Positions 40,101 to 51,940 of a DNA stretch of 64,000 nt are shown here, piece by piece. The stretch is from Laetmonice hystrix. Lineage: Eukaryota. How positions within the stretch are numbered: position 1 is the stretch's first letter; every line of letters begins with the position of its first letter. The position numbers were made by a program, and so were the translations under genes. The stretch lies in the NCBI GenBank assembly GCA_965235115.1, contig OZ249436.1, positions 13,146,001-13,210,000 of the forward strand, read 5' to 3'. Below the pieces are notes generated by a model, which saw only the letters and a program-made list of their open reading frames with translations, did no database searches and was not told where the DNA came from.

Positions 40101-43100
40101 GTTTTTTTTACGTTTCATTTCTCCTCAAGGAGTACCACACCAAACCATATCAAATGCGTTTTGTTATAAAAGTACCCTCTCTCTATACTTGAAATGGTAT
40201 ATGTTCAGTCCATGGTTTAAAACTTGTGACAAAATGCCTAATTTTGGAAAAAGTAAGAAAATGTCTATGGAGAGGGAGCAATCTTAATGTGTTATTTTTA
40301 ATGTATTGGCAGGGTTTCCGCCAGAGAGTAAAATGGGTAAAATTCCGTACCCTGACATTTTTCCAGGGTACGGATCCGTACCCTCAAAATCGTTGGGTAA
40401 CCATTTTTCCATGAAGTGATAAAAACAGGCATGAGAATGGAAAATTGGAAAAAAAATCGGAAAATCTAAATCCCCCTTGAGGAAGCCCAGTACAGGTACA
40501 GTAGTCTGGAGTAGGATAGCGCCCCCCCCCCCCCCCCCCATATACACTGAAATTTTTCTCAACGGATTTGCATCGATCTCATGCAAGAATGACCAAAATC
40601 GCTTGAAAAAAATCGGAATTCCGCCGATCGGCGGAAGATTCTGATGCATGTAAAAACCTTCTGATGATGCCTTGAGCAACTTGAAGGAATCAAATAATGT
40701 TGCACAGTATGCAGTGTTTATTTGATTAATTCAGATATACCCCTCCTCTGGTCCGTACCCTAAATCTTCTTCTGGCGGAAACCCTGATTGGGTAATACAT
40801 TGTACACCCTTAAAGTGTGAAAGGGGCATGGTACCTATCCGCTCCACCACTTAGGCCTACACCTAGATAAAGGAAGAGTTAGTTGAAGTGACAAAGGGCT
40901 TACCTCTGAGACACGGGTGTAATATGACGTTTCACTGAACCGTGGCCTGTTGTCGTTAACATCTAATACAAAGAGCGTGCACCAGCGTTGAACCTGCGGA
41001 TAAAGACATGCATGACCGCAACATCAAGTTTTTGTTTTAAAAAATGTTGCTAGGAAATTGTATTATTCCCTCTCATTAAAACGATGTATTCTTGAGGGTA
41101 TAAGCCTATATCAGCAACATGTTTGACCGAGTAGAGGGATAGGCCTACGGTGGCCCATATAGGACATGCGATTAATTTAATACTATTTATAATTATTTTT
41201 CTTAATATAATATGATTTTTTTCCTGTAAAGCTATTTACTTTTCTCCCGAATTCCCACCGCAGTGGTAATAATGCCCACTGCGGTGGTAATAATTACCAC
41301 CGCGGTGGTAATAATTACCATCGCGGTGGGAATTATTACCACCGCGGTGGTAATTATTACCACCGCGGTGGTAATTCGGGAGAAAAGTAGTAAAAAAATC
41401 ATAAATAGTATGAAATTGATCGCATGTTCTATAGGTATAATTACGAAAATGGTGGTTCTCTCTCTAGAGAGTCCACATTGGCTACTTTAGCTGTGATTAA
41501 GAGACCCGTTTCCATGCGTAGGTCGACGGTTCGGGTATTCGTTCCGGTTCAGAAATCTAGGGTTCCGTTTCGGTCTGTCGTCCCGTCCAGACACTGGACG
41601 AGAACAGTGATACAAGCCTGACTATCGAAAACGAAACCTACAGTACACACAGAAATGGGTGTTGCGGGACAGGTTTCCTCAATTTGTCTGAAGTAGAGGT
41701 AGCTTGGTTACTTACCACATTAACACCATCCGTTGCAACGAACAGCAGACTGTATTCTTCTGCTGCCTTATAAAATTAAAAGGATATGCGGATATGTCAA
41801 TCTCAAAGACGTATTATGCCTAATGAATACATTGAAAGCCCGTCGCATACCCTCTGTAGTTCCCAACACACGCATAGAAAAAAAGAGAGTAAACATATTT
41901 GTTCCAAAAATAGAAATGCTTTACGATAACCCCACAAGTAGGCCTTTAAGTAACCGACTCTATACTACATTATAGTCACTGAATGCTATTCTATACCTTG
42001 TTGTATATTCTACCCTGTATAGCAGTGCATCAAGGCGTGTGACGGAGCACATGTCTTATATCACGTTTGTAACCAAAGACAAGTGTATATACAAAAATTG
42101 TTATTGGACCATGTCATTTGTTAGCAGCAGAAAACAACTGTGATATTACAGGTGACGAGAACAGTATTCTAGAAATACCTTTCTCTCTTCTACGCACGGG
42201 AAAGCTTTGAGGTCGGTGCGTGGATAAATTGTGAATATTGTCTGTTGAGACAAATTTTCCTTAATATATTATCGCTTTGTTTTAAGGGTAAAAGTTTGTT
42301 CACGACTGATGTGACCTGTAGAAACATCAATTCGGTTAAAGGTCACACTTAGGAGTATTAGGTTATAGATTTATTTCTATATAAGAGAAGTTATATAGTA
42401 ACAAACGAACAAAATTCGACCACCTAAGCAAATTTGTCGTGTACAGTATAGCCTATAACTGCATGAAAGAGTCTTGCAGGTAAACGAATCTCTGGCCTGC
42501 GTTTCAATACCAAAAGATATCTATGCCAAAGGTATATTTGCCAAAGATGTCTTTTGGACTAGTGCAGTCTGGATAGGGAGAGAGTGAGTGTTTCAATAAA
42601 AACCTCGTACCTGGCTCCAGCGAGGTTTTCAAAGATATCTTTGGGCTTTATTGAAATGCGACTACGAATCCGAAGTAATATGAGGGCATAGACCTTATTA
42701 CGCCCTTTATTTGCAGCGGAAATAAAAAGGATCCGACGCCAGGAAGCCTCTCAATGCATATTGTACACGCAGACGCGGTACAGCGCTGTACAGCAAAATT
42801 ATCAATGAAGCGTGACGCTGGAAGACCATTGCACACAGACGCAGCACAACACGTGGGATGACCTAAGTGACACACCAAGAAGAAGAAGAAGAAGAAGAAG
42901 AAGAAGATGAAGAGAAGAATAAGAAGAAGAAGATGAAGAAGAAGAGGATGAAGAAGAAGATGAAGAAGATGAAGAAGAAGAGGATGAAGAAGAAGAAGAT
43001 GAAGAAAAGGAAAAGGAAAAGAAAAAGGAAGAAGAAGAAGAAGAAAAAGAAGAGGAAGAGGAAGAAGAGGAAGAAGAGGAAGAAGACCCCCACAAACGTA

Positions 43101-46100
43101 GTTGGACTATTCATTTCACATTACGTTAGAGCGATTAAAAGATGACGAGCTGCAACGCGCTGTCCCCCCGTTTCACAAAAAGTTCTTAGGCATAATCTTA
43201 TCGTAACTTTACGAAAAACCGCGTTTGCGTTGCACAAACCGAAAATCGTATCTTAGCGCCTCGCAAGTGGTCCATAAACAGCTACGATTATGGCCGATTT
43301 TAAGAGCCCGACGGGGCAGCTCTTAAGGCCTTCAGAAACTCTTAATGCAATAAAAAAATCATTTGTTTGCTTAAATTTAATTGCAAATTCGCGAAATAAT
43401 ATAAAGGTCGCAAAGTTTGTTGGGGGAGGGGTTATTTAAACCCCTTCCCCAACAAAAATCTGCTGGCTCACTAAACCAAGGACAGCTGGCCTCCAATATA
43501 AGATTAAAGAAATGTATTACCACGTACAGCTCAAAAGCATCGCCTATTCAGTTGGGTGTGTTCTGGGCATACAAATTACTCCAACCCCACCCATGACTGG
43601 GAGGACCGGGGAAGTCGCATTGGGCCTTTCACACCGCAGCCGATGCCGATGCCGATACTGATACCGAGACCGAGGGCGACACCGATGTCCACACCGACCT
43701 TGGCTGCAGTGTGAATGATGCACCGATGCCAGACACCGGTGCCGACATGTAGATCGCGACTGGTTCCCGACACCGGCCCGGCTGCCGGCCGTCCTCCGCG
43801 TCGGTGAGGGATTGCTCCGATCAAGATGCACGGGAACCTCCCGGTCTCCAGGAAAATCGGTGGCCGACGTTTGGAAAATAGAACATGTTCTATTTGACCG
43901 TCGGCGTCAGTATCGGTCTTGGTGTGAATGCTCCCACTGGAAATAATGTGTTGTGAAAAAATATCGGTGTCGCCGTCCGTATCGGTGCCAGTATCGGCTG
44001 CGGTGTGAATGGGCCATTATACATAACTCTCTGCCGACCCCGGCCAGAGCCGACCTCACAGTGGGCGGTCTGTGTATACAGAGACTGCAACCATCCTAGT
44101 GAAAAACATTATTGTGAAGACTATAGGCTATCCATGAAAACTTATGTGAAACTTTTGTGAAACGGGGGGTATAGATCTACCGGAGTCGTCAGATATGCTT
44201 TTTGGCTCGTTTCCTTTGGTATCAAGATTTTTTTTTGGGGGGGGGGGGATCTTCAACAGTGAAGGCGGAATGTCTGATAACGAGGTTAACAGCACTCTTC
44301 CAACCCCCTTCCAATATTATATCACCCGCAGGCTGAGCATTGTGCTGACCGGGGCAAAAGCAGGGCCGGATCCAGGATTTTTTCAAGGGGGCGGGGGTTG
44401 CAACAACTTGCCAGGTGAAAAAACACTTTATTATTACCAAGATATTACATTTATATTTTGCTCCTTAGCAAACTAACATAGCGCTGTGCACTGTGCATTG
44501 GGGCAATCTGGTGGAAATCTGGCTTTAGCATGTTGTTCTGACAGAATTTGTCTAGATTTCTAAGGGGGGTTGCACCCCCCCCTTCTGGATCCGGCCCTGA
44601 AAATACGTGTAGCCTATTTATCACTGAGTTGTGTAGCCTACATGGAAGCGGGTCCAGTGGATTACATAATATTATTTGTTTTGGTGGCTCCTTGCCTCAC
44701 GGGCGACGCGGCCATCCAGCCCCCCCCCCACCCCCACCCCCACCCCCACCCCCACCCCCCCACCCCCCCCCCCCCACCCCGACTACGTAGGTGGGTTACA
44801 GGTACGGGTAGGCAAGGAGAACATTAGGCGACAGCAGCAGTGGATATGGATGAAAACAATGGCCGTGGACCGTACTTGGGTGGGAGGGGGTGATTTACGA
44901 GATGAGTAGTGCCTGGCACGAACGAAATGGACCGTCATTTATAGTTAAAATAGCCCTAGATCTATAGAATCTATGTCAAAGCTATATGTACGGTACATTG
45001 TAGACAAAACCCAGTAATTTCAAAATCCCAATTCCCCTTTGGGGGATGGGATATATAGCTTTGACATATATTTTAACTTTGACGGTCCATTTCGGTCCCT
45101 GCCCTGGACCGAGGCTGTCCCACTGTGGGTCCATAAGGTATATCTCGGTCCCTTCTTTCTTTGTAGGGTTCGTTTCGGTAAATATCTGGTACCCTAGGGT
45201 CCGTTTCGGTAGGGTTCCGTAGTTTGACGGTCCGTTTCTGTCCCTGCCCTGGACCGAGGCGGTCCCATTGTGGGTCCATAAGGTTATCTCGGTCCCTTCT
45301 TTCTTAGTGGGGTTCGTTTCGGTCCATATCTGGTCCCCTAGGGTCCGTTTCCGTCCGTTTCCGTCCCTTTCGGTCGGTTGCGGTATTTAGTCATACCGGC
45401 CGAAAGTTGTAACTTTCCCGCCAGATTCAGGTCCCGCAGTACTAAATCCAAATCCCCGTAAACTTACGATACGATTCTTAAGGTTACGATGCGATTATGA
45501 AGTACGAGACTTTCAAATTTAAGATTTCGTTTGTGCAACACTTTTTACGATCATTCTTAGGAAAACTCTTATTCGTAAAATACACGATTTTTTTCGTATC
45601 GTAAAATACGATACTTTTGTGAAACGGGCCCTGTGTGGCGTCTGTGTGCGTATAGGCCTTAAACACCCCGGTGTCGCCTGACTACCTCGATATCACAGAT
45701 CGCCCTTCACATGCAAGGCCGGCGCGGACATTGCAGGGATCTTCGATCACGCCATACCAACTATACCACAGACCCGGTTATTGTGTTAATTGCGCTATAC
45801 TCTGTCCCCAATTAAGCTCACTTATGGTTGTTGTGAATAATATGTTTATAACAGATATAACGGCTTGGTCCCGCTATTCTGATGTAGATCACGGACGTTC
45901 TGGCACGTGAGCGAGGGGAACTAATAAAGAGGCAGTCACTATTTCGTCTGTCTGACTTTGCCCATGTAGATCCATGTAGGCATATCTTCGTGGGGCTATT
46001 GATTTTAAAGGGAATCTAGTTTTCTCCTATCACAATACTTTTAATTAATTAATTAATTAATTAATTAATTAATTAATTAATTTACTTATTTACTTATTTA

Positions 46101-49100
46101 CTTATACTTACCTACTTATTTACTTATTTACGTACTTACTTATTTATTATTCATTTATTCATTCATTCATTCATTCAATGAATGAATGAATGAATGAATG
46201 AATGAATGAAAAATTCGTACACACGACCTCATACACTTTCCCCCCAAAATAGGTTCCCTGTTGAAATGACATCATAATACCGTATTGTCAGTGTGATGGA
46301 CCGTCATAGCCACAACACCAATAAAAACGCATGAAATAGTCATGTGAGTTACATACACTGTTGTGATAAGATCTTGTAAGTAACAGGAAACCTTTTTTTT
46401 TGGAAAAATGACTTACGAGATTTTATCAGAACGCCGACGATGTCCTATCGATGATGTACGTGGTCCAGAGAAATGAAACCCTTTCATGTAATGTACTACA
46501 TCAGAGATGAAGAACTATTCTGTCCATGTCAACGCCACATCTCTTATCCCGTCTCGGTTGGGATGAGTGAGTGAATGGGGTCGTGACACGGCTGCTCACG
46601 TTTCTGATGACTGTACAGGTGTGGGGCAGACACACGGGGCCTACGCCCTTCTCTCTATGATCACGCAAGGCCATCGGCGCGGATCATGAAAGGAATAGGA
46701 TCTGTACCCAGATCGACAGGCGCTGAGCCAGATTCCCCACGTATTTGTTGACTTCAATATAATGTACGACGTCACGCTGTTATCTCGGTAACCATGTTTG
46801 TTAGGTTAAAGGTTCCCACTCCACTCGCCAAACTTCCTGGAGACTACTTCGCGATTATTGAACTTGCCAGATTGAGACTGCATGAGTCCCCAGGTAGTCT
46901 CGAGGTAAAGTGACCTATAGTGGCACTGGGGTTTGACGGCCTCAGGTGGGGTAGGTATGCCTCCTGAATGTTGGCATTCTCAATTCTTGAAAAAGGCCCT
47001 TGTCCTATGCATGCGCATGCGGAACCGGAAGCAATAATGGCCTATGTTTGGTAGCCCTTGGTACACTTTTGTGATTGATTTTCATCTTGGTTTTGAAGCA
47101 GCTGAAACTCCATGAAGCGCATCATTACTTTAGTACCTGGTGGTAGGATGACACGTGAGATATATACTAATATTCCATTGGTTCTGACGGCCTACACATC
47201 CTCCTAGGTCTACCAAACGGCCTTTTGTTGTTGCCCCTTAGCCCCTTTAGAACCGTATTTCTATTAAGAAATAATTTCCCTTGACAGATCAACGGGGTCA
47301 AACGTCATCAAGATTAAAAAGAGTTGGTGGTTGGTGGGTTTACGTCATGTCGGCAAATAATAGGTCAACAGAGAAAAAGAAAATGTCAAGCAAATTGAGT
47401 ATCGCTCTATGTCCTGAGCCAAAAGCCCGCTCTGGGCTAACCCTTGGCGACATCAATGAAATACAGTCTACATGCACGTTTATAGGGACTACATGCTACG
47501 ATGGGTGTCAAAGCGCCTTCACACCAGACGCGCGCGGTGCGCACGGCGCGACAGTTTTAAAATAAACACGTTAAAATCAGCAGGGGCTTTGAGTTTCAAA
47601 CCGGCCGCAGACGGCGCGCGCGACAATTCTGGAATTTAACATGGTTTTAGAAAAGTCGCGAGTGTCGCGCCCGCCCGGTGTGAAAGCCCCTTAATGGTAC
47701 CAATTAATCCACTTCTAATTGTGTTCGTCATCAACGCTTTCCACGTGCTCATCAATGCTGCCGTGTTTGAAAAACAAGTTTTAAAGAACTAGGCCTAATT
47801 TAGTGTAGGCTACCACGATAACTACGATTGGTGTAGGCCTAATTGAATTTAGGCGTACACCTAGGCCTACTAGTAGGCCTAAACCTATGCCCTATAGGCC
47901 TATGTAGGCCTAATAAGCCTACCTTCCCAACCTTCCCTTTCCTTCAAATGCACCAGGTTAGCCTAAATCAGATAGGCCAACATTGGGCCCCTATAACTTT
48001 GATGTCATGATGCCTCGCCCCGTCCCCCGAGTAAGTAGGCCTCTAGGCATAACTTATTAAAGGTCATCGCTACAACCGACTGCATCACGACTCGACTCCC
48101 CATCGCCCGTCGATATGAAAAGTCGGGTCGCGTCGCAGTCGGGTCGTCGGGCCTAGGTCTAGGCCTTTGATAAGTAGCCTATATCATTAAACTATACGGC
48201 GTATATGCCTACAAACCTACAGGATCTTGTTACCACCGATGTTGGCGCTCCACAAAATGTCCAGGACCTGCAATATTGTACTAACCTCTCGGTCGAGCTG
48301 CTTGGACAGGCGCACGACGGCCTCGGTGTGATTGAGTGACGTCACGCTGAGGATGTCGTTGGCAAGTTCGCCCTTGAGATCAAACTGAAGGGTCTCGTCG
48401 TCAGGGTCGGACGCGTTAAGGATGGCCACAACGGAACCTGCACAAGGCCAAGTGCTACTTCATTATACATGGTCAGGAGTGGACGACACAACACAGTCCA
48501 CATGGCTTGCTGCCTGGCACGGCCTTTGATTGACGAGCATTTGGCGGACGGTCAAAGAAACCTGCACATCGACTAACGTCGGGCTCAGCTACAGAGAACG
48601 ACGTAAACGTGCTGATTTTTAATGCCACATGTTTGTAAAACCTATAGCCTGTATAGGCCTGCGAACAAAGACAATTATCCAGCGAGTTTCTGTAGCTGAC
48701 ACAACAGGCCTATATATAGGGGGAGGGTGCGAGTGCGGGAGGGGGTGCGAAGGGTGTGTACGCACCCACCTCCCATGAGTCACCACTTCATGTCCACTTT
48801 TTGCAAGTCCTAAATGCACATAGCACAAGCCTATATATAGGCCTTGAAATCTATACATATATGAAATGACAAAGGCTTCCCTCCAAAATAAATAAATAAA
48901 TAAATAGGCCTAGTAAATAGGCCTCTATAGGCGAAATAAAAATATATCGGCCCCTCTCCCCAAGGCGTTAGGCTACACGTAGGCCTATAGGTGGCTTGTA
49001 GGCCTAGCCTATATTATCATGATCACTCGCAAAGGTCCATTTTCAGAAGACAGCAGAAAAATATATCCGTATAGATCTAAGGCCTAGCCTTAACTTTGAT

Positions 49101-51940
49101 TCAGTGGATAGAAAATCCAATCAGATTCTTAGAAAGGTCCACCCCAATTTCTATAAAGGACCAGATTGAACACCAAAGTATTATTTCTTTTGTTTCACTT
49201 TTGGCGTATAATATTATAGGTTGTAGGCTACACTATGGAACCCTGCTGGTGGAGTGTGATGCGCGTGATTTGAGGCCGGTGACCGCTGCTACACGTAATA
49301 GATCTTCACTCGGGGAGTCTTTGATGTACGAGGTGTATTACCATCTGCTATATGCATCAGAGCACGAAGATCGGTGCAGTAGGCTCCACATAAAGATACA
49401 CAGGCTTCCTGGATGATACATGTCGAGGCCAGGGATCTCTGGGATCCATGAGTAGAACTATATGACAGGGTTAGGTCGGCTGAACCTGGACAATGACAGG
49501 CTATAACGGTTCAGATATTGATCCATGCAGCTATGTCCATGAAGGGCACGTGTGCTAAAAGTCTAAAGACCACAAGGTACGGTATTCGTGCTCTGATCTC
49601 TTTGTTCTCGGCCCCCGGCTGACCTGTCCATTCTATACGTTGTTGATGAAACAGACGATAGCAGTAAAAGGAGATCGACAGTTCAGCCTCTTTCCGCTAG
49701 TGTCACAACCCCCCGACCATTGCCGTAACCATTATCAGTACCAGAATGGTACCGCCAGAATAACAACCGCTTGAGTACCTCACTCACCCTTCACCTGTCT
49801 CTCCGTCACAGATCGGAACCGATTCGGATTTCTGTTGGTGCTAAAGCCCAGAAACCCAGTTAGAAAATTTGGCAGATACAGCGGTTTTTAATAAGAGGAT
49901 TGTGCCGTCGCAATAATAAAATCTATTTATAATCTTATAATCTCATCGTATAGAATGTGAGTATTGGTAAAACTCGGAGATAAACAGATATTGAAGTAAA
50001 CCCTTCATGACGGTACTCGGTCCAAGGTCCCACGAGGCCTTGTAACGTGAATCCCCATGCACCTTAACAAGCAGAGCGTACGCACTCTAAAACAGATTGG
50101 TTAAAATGACCTTGATAATGGTTAGATTTAACTAATCTATAGATGGTAGATATGTGTCCGACCGAAATCTAGTTTTGGTAGTTTTTTTTTACCAATCCAT
50201 GGTTAGAAAATTAACCAAAATACGTTGATCAATTTAAACAAATTGTTGGTTAATGTTGTATACTTCGCTATTACTGCCAATCCAATTGGTTGGACACATT
50301 TCAATCAATATTGGTCGATTCAACCAATATCTTGGTTAATTTCAACCAATCTGTTTTTAAAGTGTAGTAATCCGACTTTTTCACTTTTCGTGTCGTAGCG
50401 CTGTCTGATCTCAAACGGGAGCCGTCATCGGCACTATGTGAACGCCGCATTATGCGGCGTTATGCAGCTCTTACGTCGGGGTATTGGCAAAGAAAGGGGC
50501 AGGTGTGATGGTTATCCAGTAACATCACATTGGTTGTGAATCACAACCAATGTGATTGGTGACCCAATGACCAACTTATGGGTTCCGAGTTAACCAAATT
50601 GTTGGTTAAAACAACCAATATAGGCTCAACCAATGAGACCAATCTGTTTTTAGAGTGGCCTATTATAGGCCTACCGGTACTGACATAAACTTACCTATTA
50701 TGGCATCTTCAGACACCAGTAAAGTTGACGGGAAATTAGTCCACTGGGGCGCCTGGTTCGCACCTATGGATTAAACATTCAGTCGTATATATATATACAA
50801 ATCCAGAAATAGACTCAGGCTTCTTATACACATTCTAATAATAATATCCAGTGGCGGATCCGGGGGGTGTTAATTACTGGCATTGCAACCCCCCGTTACG
50901 TTCGTTACATACATCTCCCCCTTGGCTCAAACATGGATATCATTTAAAAAATATATATATAGCCAATGGTGCGATGTAAAAAAAGAATATAAAAGAGTAT
51001 TTTGAATATCGGGTGTAAGCGGTATATGACTTAGATACCAACCAAAGAAGCACCTTTTTTTCGTGAAAGAGCCAGATTTTTTGCCGTAAGGTGTTACACT
51101 GAAATGTGCTTTTCATCTCGGAGGCCGAGCTTTGGCGCCTGAGAAGGCAAGATGAGTTGTAGTATTTCTATAGACTACATCAGGCAGCACCGTGCCAGAT
51201 AACGTGTACAAGAGGGCTGCCCTGGGCAGGGATATATGGTAAACCTTGAATCGTGTCCTCCATGTCTCCAGGCTAATGAAATAATATATCCAGGGAAGCG
51301 GAACAATTGCCTGTGTGGTGTGATTCGTGCACAGGTAGCAAATACATCTAAACATTATAGGAGTCTACATAATCTCCCCTGGCAGGAAATCTTTCCTTTT
51401 GTACTCGATGAAACACGTGCAATGCATCCTAAGCCAGGTACACTTTATACTTACGTGAATTTGTTTTCCAATAATTAACATGACTTGTGTCGGTCTTCAG
51501 CAATGAACGCTAACGACAACTTTCCCTGTAGAATCCCTCCGTTAAACCACACCTTTCCGACCGCTTTCATTATGTCCCATATACTTATTTTCAGTGGCGT
51601 ACCGGGGGGGGGGGGGGTGCTTGGGGTGCTCAAGCACCCTCTCAATTTGCCCATTTTTTTTAAAGTCAATGGGGGAACTGCCCACAGCCCCCTCCCAATT
51701 TGCAGCGCCTACGACGTTGGTTATTTCCAGCACCCACAGTTTCTGGGTCCGCCACTGCGGCAGCTAACATCACTTAAGACTGTTAAGTAAAACACATGAT
51801 CACTTTTCCGGATTAACAAGCATATTATAATAAAATGACACCCCCGTTACACTACTGACTCGGCCAAGGAAACGTTACCGACCTGATCGACTGGCGATGC
51901 TAATCCAGATAGAGATGACAACCAGGCTGTAGCGCTCCAT
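36535..51940 (-). CDS. Short cadherin-LU fusion protein: signal peptide, 2 cadherin repeats (CDH23/CDHR-like EC1-2), Ly6/uPAR domain and GPI-type tail (~365 aa, 10 exons)
   Basis: Phase-compatible exons (minus): 51940-51883 (MERYSLVVISIWISIASRS), 50763-50695 (NQAPQW...LLVSEDAIIG), 48437-48286 (ASDPD...LDRE), 41766-41716 (YSLLFVATDG), 40993-40904 (VLDVNDNRPRF...VSE), 39690-39604 (TAGDPDTG), 39050-38943 (FMIDPVQGSL...LNYN...LIAT), 38631-38557 (DGGGLSSSVSISIDV), 37140-37042 (LRCYTC...C...C...CF), 36843-36535 (RGC...C...C...CVQCCAKHACN...hydrophobic tail*). Total 1098 nt, open throughout. Confidence 0.8.
38636..38816. repeat. Tandem repeat, ~38-bp AT-rich unit, ~4.5 copies, intronic
   Basis: aaatataattatagttgtataaaagatatacggaaatc repeated immediately beside a splice acceptor. 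Confidence 0.9.
40310..40786. mobile_element. MITE with CAGGG termini
   Basis: cagggtttccgccaga / tctggcggaaaccctg, 16-bp TIR. Confidence 0.7.
41235..41392. repeat. Palindromic element with internal 21-bp tandem units
   Basis: tacttttctcccgaatt / aattcgggagaaaagta flank repeats of ttaccaccgcggtggtaataa. Confidence 0.8.
42876..43085. repeat. (GAA)n-rich polypurine microsatellite
   Basis: Run of gaa/gag/gat triplets inside an intron of the cadherin-LU gene. Confidence 0.95.
43164..44169. mobile_element. ~1-kb TIR element with a nested GC-rich MITE (~43621-44016)
   Basis: ccccccgtttcacaaaaagtt / aacttttgtgaaacgggggg; inner ttcacaccgcagccgat / atcggctgcggtgtgaa. A related end (tttgtgaaacggg) recurs near 45620. 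Confidence 0.7.
44915..45380. repeat. Inverted repeat plus ~144-bp tandem duplication (probable transposon remnant)
   Basis: cgaaatggaccgtca / tgacggtccatttcg; the block ~45079-45222 is repeated at ~45223-45360. Confidence 0.6.
46040..46210. repeat. Compound tetranucleotide microsatellite (TTAA)n, (TTAC/TTAT)n, (CATT)n followed by (AATG)n
   Basis: Read directly; the CATT and AATG runs are mutually inverted. Confidence 0.9.
50083..50657. mobile_element. CACT-ended MITE(s) with aacca/tggtt subrepeats
   Basis: cactctaaaacagattggt at 50083 pairs with accaatctgtttttaaagtg (~50364) and accaatctgtttttagagtg (~50657). Confidence 0.65.
51592..51757. mobile_element. Short dispersed repeat with cagtggcg / cgccactg ends
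   Basis: Terminal inverted 8-mer; the body is shared with 9688-9842. Confidence 0.7.

Noticed and set aside
41235..41392. 21-bp palindromic repeats and ORF 41263-41490
   Set aside because: Head-to-tail units inside a TIR element in an intron; the ORF is a translation of the repeat.
42802..43145. Poly-S, poly-F and poly-K/E ORFs
   Set aside because: Translations of a (GAA)n microsatellite, with no supporting splice context.
46410..46840. Possible additional exon or retroelement fragment
   Set aside because: A donor-like site exists, but I found no long open frame or recognisable domain.
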